The position numbers and the translations under genes are program-made. Below are positions 1 through 12,468 of a stretch of 64,000 bases of DNA, piece after piece; the first letter of the stretch is position 1; every line of letters begins with the position of its first letter. This DNA comes from Paraphysomonas bandaiensis (lineage: Eukaryota > Protista > Chrysophyceae). The notes beneath the pieces are model-generated. The model saw only the letters and a list, made by a program, of their open reading frames with translations, made no database searches and was not told the DNA's origin. The stretch is from positions 124,001 through 188,000 of the forward strand of contig CBFFRP010000412.1 of the NCBI GenBank assembly GCA_965644295.1, given 5' to 3'.

Positions 1-196
1 ACAGAGAACTGAGTACAAAAGACACCGTCGTTATGGGTATTAAGAGGTTTAATGGTGGGTATAACGCTGTCATATTGTCAGTGTGTATTTTGTTATGCTT
101 GTCGCAGGAGAAACAGCTGTCATGGAGACTCTTAACATCCCTCGCCCTCCTGATCTGATTCCAGTACCTCAAGATGCCAACCAGACGTCGACATGA
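1..196 (+). CDS. 3' end of an unknown protein-coding gene (partial, at least 2 exons)
   Basis: Frame RELSTKDTVVMGIKRFN, then a GT...AG intron at about 56-108, then GETAVMETLNIPRPPDLIPVPQDANQTST with TGA at 194-196. Confidence 0.6.
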
Positions 197-1017
197 ATCT
201 GGGAATGTATACGTACTCTGTTGTGTTGTGTAGTTGTAATGTATGTCAAAGAATTGTCTCGTGTCTATTGTGATTTCATGGCAAGCCGTGAGTAAGCAAG
301 TCTATGTTATCACCGGATTTGTGGGTTGTAATTAGTATAAAGAAAGTAGTTTTGTATCTATCAGTATCGTTGTCGTTTTACATGGGTTATAGGTTATTAC
401 CGGTCGGAAGTTATATCCGCTCTTTCTCTACCATTTAGTAAATATAACAGTTTCATCTCCATGTTGTGTAAAACTACAAAACTTCTACCTCTCAACTTTT
501 GTCATATTAAGTAAACAATATGCAAACGTAGGAAAACATGTTCTCCCTGCTCTTCTTTCTATCTTTGCTTCGGTTTCGACGGGGAGGTCTCATCTTTCGA
601 CGAAGCTGATTTCTAGTACTGAATGATGCCTCCTCTTGACAACTGCTGGAGTGCCCATCAATGCATGCAGGCAACTCCTCAGAGCTCTCCATCTCTTTCT
701 TCCGACGACTCTTTTTTCAAGTAGATTTAGAATTAGATAGGTCTTGCTATTCTAGCTACTTACGGCAGGAAATGCTTACATAAAATTCCTTTGAAGCACT
801 AAGCTTTTGTAGTGGCAATCCTTTTTTCTGCATCTCATGTAATCTACGCAATCAGTCATTCTGATATTGTAATGTAGACATATACATAAATGAAGTGCAG
901 TATATGAGATCGTGTATAGTGATGCATACCAGCAGTAGGTGTATTGTTGGCAACCCCAAGGGGAGCGACCGAAGGTGCAGGTCCACTCAATCCACTGTAT
1001 GAGGCTCTGTGCTATAG

Positions 1018-1581
1018 GCTCGTGACCAAACACTTGCTGCTGATAGTAATCGTGTTTCTGGTCACGAGGGAGTCCAACGAGGAGGTGGCAGAGGCCGTGG
1101 TAGAGAGCGTAGAAGAAATCGGTGTGTTGTGGAGTCGGACTCCAGTGATAACGAAGAGAGCGCCGAGGAGGTGCCGGCAGACGACACAGAGAGCGAGAGA
1201 GCGAGCCGGATAGTGATAACGTAGACAACCACAGTGGCTCAGCGAGTGATGCTAGCAGCAGTTCGGATGATGAAGTCGGAGTATCGTTTGAAGTAGGCAA
1301 CAAAGGGAGGAATATCAGAGGTCTGAATGGTGTAGTTACTGCTGTTGTTGGTAAGTTGTTGGATGATGTGAAGTACACTGAAGGGCGCACCGATAGATTA
1401 AAGCGCAATCAGTTGAAAGCACCTGTAGTTAGAAAGAGTTCTGCGCCTAGATCGTCGTCTAGTTCTGCGCTGGGAACTACTCAATGCAGACCAGTGGGTT
1501 GATAGTAGTAGTATTAGGGCAGACAACGTAGTTACTGATGGTACAAGGAAACGTGCTGTTGGTGTGTCCTATAAGACCTAA
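1018..1581 (+). pseudogene. Frameshifted C-terminal fragment (RGG, acidic, Tudor-like, basic tail), possibly transposon-derived
   Basis: Reads RGGGRGRGRERRR..ESDSSDNEES, frameshifts in a GAGAGC microrepeat near 1195, continues SSSSDDEVGVSFEVGNKGRNIRGLNGVVTAVVGK..VKYTEGRTD, frameshifts again near 1497 and ends DGTRKRAVGVSYKT*. Confidence 0.4.
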
Positions 1582-2042
1582 ATATTAATAAAAATAATTA
1601 TTAACACTATACTTAGCCTAGCGAGTGCGACTTCATGAAAACACATCTTAACACACTCCTTCAATTTGTTGTGGTTGTAGTAAAATTGCTCATTCTGAAC
1701 TAGATATCAGAGAGAATTTGTCGTTAGACGAGATAGATTAATTAATATCGTTTATACGAATTGTGACAAACAACACAATCTCATTTTGCTCCACGCATAA
1801 TCTCCTACATATATGAACCTCTCGAAAAATCAAACTATTTCAGTTTCTCAATATCATCACAGCATTGGTACATCACTATATTTCACTGTATTCTCGTACA
1901 TTGTCTTCAAGTGCCACACTGAATATACTAGAATATAATCTATATACTAACAGTGGTAAGACGTAAGAAGGTGCAACATCCTTTCACATCACTTCTGGAA
2001 CTAAATCAAGTAGATACCACTTGACGGACAAGGTATACCACG

Positions 2043-4239
2043 TCATGTGTATACTATTTTCCCACTATACCCGTACTGAAATAATACAAATAAAAATAGC
2101 AGCAAGGAGTACATTATCCAAACTGCTTGTTTAGCCTCACATTTAATGCCCAGAACTTTAACTGGTTCTGCACGGTCCATTGCTTCTGCAGCGGTAATTA
2201 CAGTAAAAGCCGCCTTGATACTTTCTTTCAAGCAGTGGGAAGCTGGATCGCGTTCTGACGCAGCAGAGGGACAACTGGGCCACTTCACTGCAGTTCCGTC
2301 CGTGTTGTTCATGTCTGCGAAAGTCCCAGTCAGGAGCTGCAAATTTTGCTGCATGTTCACCATATGAGACGATATGATATGTCGATGAGACTGCATTTTT
2401 TTGTTAGTCATGTGAGCAATAAATATTATAGCAGCAAGGCAAATCGAGAATACAACTATCCACAGCAAAGTTTGCAAGAACTCTGCATTTACAAATAGCT
2501 CATTAGGATTGTTTCTAATGACACTTGTGACAAGGCTGAGCAACAAGACTACCAAAAGAAATATAATTCCTCCTGCAGAATAAAATAGATATTATAATAG
2601 AACGGCGCAATACTGTATAATTCTGCATGATATACCGTTATACATGTCCAGTCGAAATCTCACTCGGTACCCGAAATTGTGTAGAATGGTTCTCGCTTGC
2701 ATCCAAACAATATAGTTTGTGGTGTGTCTCATGTCGATTTGAGGGATATTAAAAGAATCCATTGTCATTCCCTCTGGACTAATAGAGGACGAGTAGCTCC
2801 GCCCATTGCTGCTCAAGCTCGAGCTGTCTGGAGACATGTCAGGATAATCATTCGGCGACAGCTCCAACTTAGAAATTTTGTCTTCCTCCTCACTCCCGTC
2901 TACTAGCGGGCGCTCGAGATCACCTACATGTTAGAATTAAAACACATAATATATTTGGCTAAAGTGGAGGGAATAATTCTACACACCTCCACTGCTAGAG
3001 ACATCCTCGTAATCAGATCGTGCAAAGGAAACTCTCACTGCGTCTGTGTTTCTACCAACTACTCGATGAACAATATTCATATCTTGCCGATTCGCTGGGT
3101 CTAAATCTCCTACACCAACCCTCAGTCGGGCTTTCATATTGAGATCCACTAAACGAATCATCTGCTCCAGTACTTCAGATAGTAGGAAGCGTCTAAGCAC
3201 ATCGCAGGCAGCGCTATAGAGAAAGTTGAGCATTATCATGAAAAAAGTAAAGCTGAGAAAAAATGAAGATACGGTATAAACTACAACCCAACCGTGCATG
3301 CGTTCAACATGAATGCAGTACAATATATTGGGTAACACGGCATTGAATACGCTCACTGAAATGATCCCGACATCCACCACGGATCCAAACCCGCACAAAC
3401 ATGTGGCATGTAGTGCTGCAACGCACAAGCAGTGGAGAGAGACCATGTAGCTTCCGTCTGGCCGGCGGACAAGGTGCTTGTCGTAAAGAGTTTTGTTAAC
3501 TCGAATATGAAGAGCTTTTGAAAGAAACGTCCGCCAGCGGGCGAACTGGATCCGCTCTTTTTCGCCGTCTTCTGGGTTCGGGACAATGAAATGAGAACTC
3601 TCAATCGCAATTCCACAACGAGCAGCAGATACCAATACTTCATAGTTAATAATTTCAGGCGTTAATCGACGCCACCCTGAACCGAGTTGAAGCTGTTGCT
3701 GATATGATCGTACGTCATCGATCTGCTCCTGCGTCGGCCACTTCGAGAGGTTCACTCGTTTGTCTGATATGTTGTGACCACGCAAAATTCGCCTGATATA
3801 TATAAACATATAGTTAATTGTATTACACAATGAACAGGTGAGGTATACCTGTACTCTGAAGGACTTAATGTTGCATACTTGAAAGCCACCATAATGCGGT
3901 GTGATAGTAATAGAAACGCCGGTAACAAGGCGTGACTGAGACGCACATCGCCAGTAGCAGTCGCATAGACAGATATTAACATTAAATAAAATAATGTTAT
4001 AGACAATAATCCAAATATCGTCCCCTGTCAAATACAAATAAGACCATTTGAGTAAAGAAAAACAGCACACGGACCATGTTATTGAAAGGGAAAAAATTCT
4101 GAGAATATAGAGCTATCCATCCGTTTTTCCAGACTATGTATGGGAGTAATAATGGATAAGTAATGTGGAGTATAAGTTGCTCAATAAATACAGCCACAGA
4201 GAAGTGAATGCTCATAGAGTCGAATAATATCTTCGTCAT
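2043..4239 (-). CDS. Multi-pass membrane protein, PHTF-like (7TMIC/gustatory-receptor-fold superfamily candidate), about 5 exons
   Basis: ORFs 3997-4245, 3752-4006, 2979-4070, 2592-2867 and 2043-2555 join through GT-AG introns. There are 7-8 hydrophobic segments. The motifs FLYSAACDVLRRFLL, IPQIDMRHTTNYIVWMQARTIL and AEPVKVLG followed by a final TM parallel the PHTF C-terminal region as I recall it. Confidence 0.7.
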
Positions 4240-4792
4240 ATTCACTTATGGGGATTATCCAATAGGAGGGAGTTGATATGATTCGATACTATTCGGTGAA
4301 GTAGAAGTGCGAAGAAGGTAAATAACTTTACTTTAGAAGCACCATACGTCAACGAGAACAGGACACTCAGTTAAACTGTTGACTATGTTTTATAGCTGTA
4401 TCTAATCTATGACACGGAACTTGTGGACAGTACGAGTACTACGACTAACGATTGTTGCTCGTACATACTTTTTACAGGTTTTCGCAGGCTCTACCCTCCA
4501 ATTTTTATAAATAAGTCTTTTCCGAAACTGGCTTTTCGTGGGATCAAAATCATACATATGACATACACACCAGCATCATACGACATATGAAATTTTTATA
4601 CTATACGTATACATATACCATCATGGTATACATGGACACCCACCTGTTGAGAACATCTCATCCACAACCACTTTGTATAACAATATATTTATTCTCCCCA
4701 TCACAGTATACCGTATACACCCCGCACTTAACCAATTCTCATTAAACACTCATATATTCTGGTGTTTTCATACATTGAGTTGCGTTATCAAC

Positions 4793-6160
4793 ATGGGCAA
4801 TCAGGCTACTAAAGATGCTAAACCATTTGATCTGGATACTGCACGTGAAACAAAAAAATCACTTATTCAAGGCACAGGTGGACAAGAAATACAAACTGAG
4901 AAAGAATACACAAATTTGGAAGATGGAAGTCAACTTAGACGACGACTGACTAATACAGAATCTGAAGTTGTGAAGAGAAAATCTGCTGTGAGTGAAATCA
5001 TTTCGCGTATGCCGGAACAGCCCTCTCTTCCTCAAGTTTCAGCTTACATTCCTTTCATATTGTCGGATGCTATATTTTGTGGTCATCTTGTGACCGATCT
5101 GGATTCTATTGCAGGTTCTATTGGTGCTGCTGAGTTGTATGGCGGCGTGGCAGCGAGAGCATCCGAAGTGAACTCTGAAACGCAATTCGCTCTGGATTAT
5201 TGGGGCGTTCCGAAACCACTCCCTATTGAGGATCTGGTAGTCAGTCAACCCAATGCTGGAATATGTTTGGTGGACCATCAGCAAATGTCTCAAGTGAACC
5301 CTGCCATAGATCCTGACCGTATTGTCGGTGTTATCGACCACCATGCCCTTCAGAACGCTACCATTGTCACGGACCGCGCAATATACATGGACATTCGTCC
5401 TTGGGGATCGATGTCGACTATAATTGCCCACACGTTTCTGACTATTCAACGCCGTCCTAGGAAGTGTGTGGCAGGAATGTTGCTTTGCGCTATTCTTTCT
5501 GACACCTTAAATCTAATGGGACCTACTACAACTGATTGGGACAAGATGATGGTAGCCATTTTATGTGAAATTGCTGGTGTCACAGATATTGAAGCGCTAG
5601 CGAAGGCACAATTCAAAGCTAAATCAAAGGAGCTAGAAGGTTCAATTATGAATTGGATCACTATTACTTTTAAGAACTAAATAATTTTTGTAGGTCTGAC
5701 TGCCCAGCAGCTGTGTGATGGTGATATCAAGGTGTTCTCTTTCCACGCTGAAAAATTCCGAGGCAATATGGGATTCGCAGTAGTTGAAACCACCGATGAC
5801 TCTGTCATCTTAGCCCGCAAAGAGGAGCTCTTGGAGGCCTTGCGAGAGAGCAAACGAGAAAAAAGCCTGGATTTACTGTTTCTCTCCGTGGTCAACATAG
5901 TGTCTCTTCATTCGACACTGCTCACACTGGGTCCTGTTGAACAGGATCTTGCCAAAACCGCGTTTCCCCCTGTTTCAGGTGCTGAATATTTAATTCTTTC
6001 ACGAGTATGTATTATATTGTATGTAGGTGGCGCTGGCCCTACGGATGACCCCAATGTTTACTTCCTAGGCGGCTTGGTATCTCGTAAAAAAGACTACATA
6101 CCCGTCATAAGCCGCACAATTAACAAGGATGGGTGGGCTCCACCTGCCGATATGATTTAA
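4793..6160 (+). CDS. ppaC: Family II (DHH/DHHA2) Mn-dependent inorganic pyrophosphatase, PpaC-like, 3 exons
   Basis: Motifs GHLVTDLDSI, LVDHQ, GVIDHH, RPWGSMSTI, AILSDTL, PTTT and C-terminal GLVSRKKDYIP. Introns at 5640-5693 and about 5979-6026. N-terminus is MGNQATK. Confidence 0.9.
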
Positions 6161-6543
6161 TTGTATTGCTGGAATTGTTCCTTTCCATATGTTGTGACTA
6201 TATGTTTCCCAACGGACTGTTGTGTATCCTAAATTGTCCAGTGAACCCTACACATATCGGCGCTGCTACTACAGATGCCTTATTTTTGAGATAATCAACT
6301 GTCGATAACTTGAGTTTGTGACGCGTTTTTGGGACATAGTTTTGACGCACTAGTTTCAAATAATAAGAGTTATCTTCAGTCCTCTCATAGGGTTTTTACT
6401 CTACTACAGTAAATTATAACTATAAGTCGCTTGTGCTTCTGTGTAATGCACATAAATATGTCCTGCAACGTAAGCATAAAGCAATAACAGACTCATACAT
6501 AACCGCGTGGTGAACGTATAATATACATCGTTTTAGTTATTAG

Positions 6544-8215
6544 TTACTTAGTTACACGCTTCACTACTTTTCCATCCCGTACTACACATATTACTCCAGT
6601 TTCTAAGAGAGTGATATCATCCAATGGATTCCCATTGACAATAACAATGTCAGCAATACACCCGGGGTATATTCTACCGAGGTCTGGATATTCTAGGAGC
6701 TCCGCAGCTGAGCTCGTTCCAGCATATATGGCTTGTAGTGGTGTCATATGCGCGTATTTGACAAGATATTGAAACTCTCTTGCTACACAAGCGGCGTCAA
6801 AGCATCACAGTATTGCAGAAGCTGCACTATACCTGTTATTGCTGGATCCCACCCAACAAAGTCGGAACCAAGAGCCACCTTTACACCAGCTGCTGCAGCT
6901 CGACGGACTGCCCCATAATATCTATTCTTTCCCGCAATCTGTCACACAAAAACTAATTATTACATATAGCAGTGAAGTCACGATATAAATAACGGGATTA
7001 AAACAAAGCATGCATATACATACCTGTAGTTCTATTAGCCGACTCTGTGCACTATCTACACTGGTATCGTAGCCAAAATGCTCGCCTAAAAAAGGAATTA
7101 CATTAGCAGAAATAACTCACACATTACAACTATAACCTACGGAGAAAGTCGGTACTATCCATGCACCAGTACGAAGGCAGGCGGCAATCCCTTCGTCATC
7201 AATGTAAGAGGCATGTTCTATCGATCTTACCCCTGTGAAATATCCATACATAATACGAAAACAGAATGGGAGCAGTACTCCACACACCTGCGAGTGCAGC
7301 TTGCTTGATTCCATCGGCACCATGGGCATGGGCCATGACATGAACCTTAAGTAAAAGAAAATATCGTTGAATAGTACATTTAAACATAGAAAGATAAGAA
7401 TTGTCTAATGCTGTCAGAAAATCCAGGCCAGCAATTTCAGTGCCTTACTTGTCTGCGCCTCGCTTCCTGTACGCAAGCAGTGAGCTCTGCAGGAGAAAAG
7501 TGTGTATTCTCGGGGCTATCTTTTGGTCCAGTGCTTGCCGACATGAAAGCTCCTGAAGAGAGTGTGTTACCCAATATTGAAAAGTGGATACTATATGCGA
7601 ACCTGTCGCCAGTATTTTGATCCAGTCGGAGCCGTATTTAATCTCACGACGTACGGCTTTTACCATTTCATCCGGTCCATCTGCAATAATTCCCTCAGTA
7701 AGCCCACACGGGCAGTTGTCTGGAGCAAGGAAGCTAATATCCCCCCCACCACCCGTAACAGAGATATAGTGTCCCGCTCCAATAATTCGGGGCCCAACAA
7801 ACTCTCCACGATTAATAGCACGAGCTAATGCAAAAGTTGGGTAGTATGTGTCTGCATCCCCAGCAGAACGTAGAGTTGTAAATCCCGCCTGTAACAGCCC
7901 CTGAGCAAATCTCAAAGCACGCAATACTTTGTCAGCTGAACTGAGCCTGAGATGATCCATCTGATAGTCATCCGTAGCAATAGATAAATGTACATGACAG
8001 TCAATAAACCCTGGCATAAGAGTACTACCAGGAGGGAAAGAATAAAACTCTATATTTGTTAATTCTGGTTCACCTGATATAATATCCATTATACGCCCAG
8101 TCTGTGGATTGATTAATACAGTCCATCTCGTCCAATCAGCATTCACCATTACGTCTTTTTCACCCTTACCATTACAGGTAATGATACGATCAACAATTAG
8201 TCCGAGTAATGACAT
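6544..8215 (-). CDS. Metal-dependent amidohydrolase (Xaa-Pro dipeptidase-like / Amidohydro_1), about 7 exons
   Basis: Motifs TLMPGFIDCHVH, GFTTLRSAG, GSDWIKILATG, VMAHAHG, SIEHAS, VALGSD, MTPLQAI and GRIYPGCIADIVIVNGNPL. Introns are canonical. Confidence 0.9.
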
Positions 8216-8608
8216 TTTAAGGCAGTAGAAAATAGATTATGAAACAGTTAATTGAGATATCTTCATATAGCTGCCTATAGTTTATAGCATAGAACAACTG
8301 TCCGCCTTTATACATGATCTCGCCATATTAGATATATCCGGTTACGGATGTATGCATCCCTCATATCCCGGTACGGATCTTGCACATAGGACTGCATGTA
8401 GGAGAGATGAAAATAAAATTGAATTGATTCAAATTTTTAAATATTAGCTAAAAACAGGTTTATTGCACAAAATCCACACAATTGTAGTGAAAAAGCAGCA
8501 ATTTCTGCTAAAGCAAGTAAGTATGATTTTCGCTATTCATTAAGAGCGATCGAAGTCCTCTAAACTACATCTATATCCTTCGCTCTGATAACACATATCA
8601 ACGTCGTC

Positions 8609-9817
8609 ATGAGCAGTAGTTCAAGTTCTAACTTACGCAATGCACTGGAAGATATTCTTAAAATAGTGTATGCGTTTATTGCTAAAAGAGAAGCCGAACC
8701 GTTTAAAGAACCTCTAGACTGGAAAGCAAACGAGCTGTTTGACTATCCTGATGTAGTCAAACACCCAATGGATCTAGGAACACTGAAGGTGAGTACGATA
8801 TCTAATTGGGAGATATGACTTAGAGTTTCACAGGATAATTTGCGGAATAATGTATATAGCTCTATTGATGATGCCGCAAGAGATATGCGACTCATATGGA
8901 CTAATTGTATGAGTTATAACCAAGTATGGTGGAAAATTAATGCTTCTTATCTCATTTGACAAGCTGCTATTTAGGATGGAAGCGAGTACTACCATTTAGC
9001 CGATACCTTTGCCAAAACATTTGAGAATAAATATGTTGAGGTTCGTGTATTTCACACTAACATAATGAGTTGTATCATAACTGTTTGTTCTGTATTAGCT
9101 ACGTAAAAAATATGGATTCAATAGTTGTGACCCCGGTCGAATCCCAACAATGGACGAAAAAATCCGATTGAGTTATGATTTGTTTAGAATAGGTAAGTCT
9201 TACTGTGTACGTGTGTTTAGTTAGGTGCGCATTCGCTGGTTCACATGTCTGTTACATAGCTCACTGTTTTCCGTAACAGCTCCTGAGCAGCTCGCTCGGA
9301 CTTTAACTATGATTGAGAAAAGTTGCCCCCAGGCTGTAACACGGGTAAATAGCTGTCCGTCTTAGGAATAGGCGAATTGCGTCATGATTGTGTGAATTAT
9401 ATACATCGAGCAGAAGCATTTATCGTTTTTCTACTCAGGAGATGAATAAGGGTACCGAAGAAGCCTTAATTAGTATGGACTTGTTGTCACCTACATGTTT
9501 TCATGAGGTCAGTAAACGTTGATAATTCCCATGTCGCAATTGGATATATAGCCTACCCTGTGTCATTGTATGTTCTATTTGCTTATTGAATGCTTATAAT
9601 AGGTCGCGGGGTATGTAAAGTCATGTGAACCTAATGAGACAAAAGGTGCACAAACATTCCATTATGGCATACGTTGTGTTCGTGGTGAATATTTGCGACA
9701 TCTACCATATTTTATATTCAACCGAAACGTTGCGCTGGATGTGTAATATTGTGAAATGTTCTAGGGAAGCGCAAGCGTAGTGGAGGAGGGCCCCCATCCA
9801 AAAAAGCAACGAAATAA
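8609..9817 (+). CDS. Bromodomain + ET-like domain protein (GTE/BET-like, single bromodomain), about 8 exons
   Basis: AEPFKEPLDW..DYPDVVKHPMDLGTLK and DMRLIWTNCMSYN form the bromodomain. PTMDEKIRLSYDL..PEQL..EEALISMDLL is ET-like. The tail is basic (KRKR..PPSKK*). Confidence 0.85.
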
Positions 9818-10498
9818 ATATTTATCCTGTTGATGCCATTACTATATTCACCTCGTGTACGATAATATTCAGTCTATGCTGCGATGTAAATTAGTTCTTG
9901 CCATGTATCTGCGAAATTTCAGAGCCATCTACTTTGTACTAATATGTATACTCTCTCCAGCAACCCATAAATTCCTCTTAGCTTTTCAACCCTGGTCCCA
10001 GCCATGTTAGAAGTGTTTTGCGAAAATAGATATCTAATGAGCCTACAAACTACAAACATTCAATAGGCAATTCCTTTCCTGGCCGTTCAATATTCAATGT
10101 ATATATATTTGAGATATACCATGGTCTTACTTCTCACAGACAATAGTTATTGCATGGCCACCTTGCACAATAGAAACGTACTAAGTAAATACACTAGACT
10201 AAGTTTTACACCAATTCTGATGCGACTAGCTATTTCCACACTCCACCAACTTCTTAACTAGATTGAATAATAGGTCTCGAGAAATAATATGTTGCTATAT
10301 TATTACTGAGTGTTGACACATAAACAACAATAGTGGATATCATTGAACTGCAAACCAAGAGAAAATAGTTTCACCCCAGAAGCATTGTTCATCCAAAATA
10401 GATAGAGAGATAAATAGTTGAGAAGTCATGTGCAAATTTTCAAAAAATTAAACCACTGCAATTTTTAAAGCGGAAATTTCCGTATGTTCTCCGTACAA

Positions 10499-11560
10499 CT
10501 AGCCCAGAACAATAGAAGATGCTCCTCCAGCAGTATTTCGACGCCCAGACATTAGGGACTGTTGGACAGGTTCGTCGGAAATAGATAGTGAGGCCATCAT
10601 CTGACTAGAATTAGAGGCAGTAGGGGCGCAATGAACAACTGGTTTATTCTCTGCTCGTGTATGGGGGCAGTCATGATTAAATACGTCGTTCATAGAATCC
10701 GAGGCCCGTGTGGGGTATCTCCTTCCAGTAGCTGGTCTCTCTGGCTCGCATTCACCAAAAGAAACAGAAGATGCCCCACAACCTGCGACCTGCTTCCTTG
10801 CAGCATGGATCTTCTCGAGGGGTGCATCATTGCTGAGGGAGATAGTTGATTTGTTCCCATCGGAATGCTTCCTTACTGTGTGTGAGTTGGCCAATTCTGC
10901 TCGTGAATCACACTCCCCTAATGAAATGGTGGTAAAGGAGTTGGTCCCGTGAACATGTTTGCGTTCCGAATTAGGGCGTTCAATGATTGGTTCCGATTCT
11001 CCCAGACATATTGTCGACTCTCCACCACCGGCATGTTTCTTCGACGTGTGTAGGGGTGCAGATGTACGTAAAGAATAAGCAAGTTCGTTGTCTTTCCTGA
11101 ATATTGAAGATGTCGTGTTGGTAGCAGGCACATGTTTTTTTCCAGGAGGTGCGGGTTCAACTGGGGCGTCATCACTGAGCTCTACGGATGACACCCCGTG
11201 CCCTTTAATATGCTTCCTCCCACCATATTGATGCTCAACAGCTCCAGAGTCACTTAAAGTAAGCGTAGATTCTCCACCAGTTACATGTTTTCTACTTGTT
11301 TCCTTTATATCACGTGTATAACTATCGCCATCGTTATCCGCTCCATCATGATGTGTTTGATCATAAGGCTGATGTCTCCTTCCAGTTATATTAGCCGACT
11401 CATATGCACTGGAGTCTCCAATACAAATGGATGATTTCCCTCCAGGAGGAGCGTGACGACGTGTACTAGACCTCACTGGTATAATAATCTGGCATGAGGT
11501 TTACTATCATAATATATTACACATACCAATATTTAAATCTGTGCTCATTTTTGTCGACAT
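10499..11560 (-). CDS. PGG/GGxSS-repeat protein (Jupiter/HN1/SPIRAL1-like putative microtubule-associated protein)
   Basis: A short first exon (MSTKMSTDLNI) and an intron at 11476-11526 precede about 9 repeats of R(K/R)H..GG.S(S/T)I.(L/F)(G/S), from HAPPGGKSSICIG to AGGASSIVLG*. Confidence 0.7.
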
Positions 11561-12468
11561 GTTACTGTCCAATACTGTATACTCCTACCTTATACACGAT
11601 AATGTTATACGAAGAGACAGAGAGGAAGATATTAAGATGGCTTACCCCTATGATAATGTACGTTTATGTGTAGACTTGTACGAAGTAGTAAACATATACG
11701 TATCTTTTTTTCTGCTGCAACTGCTTACACTTCACTTCAGATTCTATCCCTCTTATAAGCCAGTTATATTTCAATAGTCCTTCACTAATTAATCTGATTG
11801 GCTAAATAATTAGTTTATCCAATAGTGTGAATTTAATTATATATTATTGGATAAAATTACCTCTAAACAGGTATACATATAAATTATGGTGGGCATCATG
11901 GGTTTAGACTCAGTGTCGAAATGTCTGCTGCATAGATATTCGTATCCCCGAGCACCACACTACTGCACTGGACATTGAGGCTTGCACAGCAGAGTAGAGT
12001 CTAGTAGAGTATTCACCAATTCTAAATTTAGTAGGGATTTTGTAGCGACTGGATGACACACTGATTGTATTCATGTAACATAATATCATAAGTATACTAT
12101 GTATTCAATATATTTAATTGAAAGGTGTTAAATTTTCAATATCTTATTTAAACAGTTTCAAGTTGCAGCAGATGTGTTCTGGGCCTGGCCTAACTCTCCT
12201 TCACATGACAAGAGTGGGCTGAAAGGGTACTTTCGATTTTAATATGGAAGCGTTTTTGCAGTTCAGAGAGGGTTTATCAACCATATTTGCACTGGAATGA
12301 GTCCTGTGATGTTTATAGAGTGTAGAAGCTCTCTATTCCTGTCAGTTGCTGAAATATGGCTCACTGAACAGTGTGCTTACTTCAGTAACGGAAGAACCAT
12401 TGGATACGCCCTCAAACCCTGCAGTTTGACTCTTAGGAGTTAAAGGATACACTATAAAACTGTATCTA

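Noticed and set aside
776-1408. 210-aa minus-strand ORF
   Set aside because: It is the antisense of the more protein-like degraded plus-strand frame.
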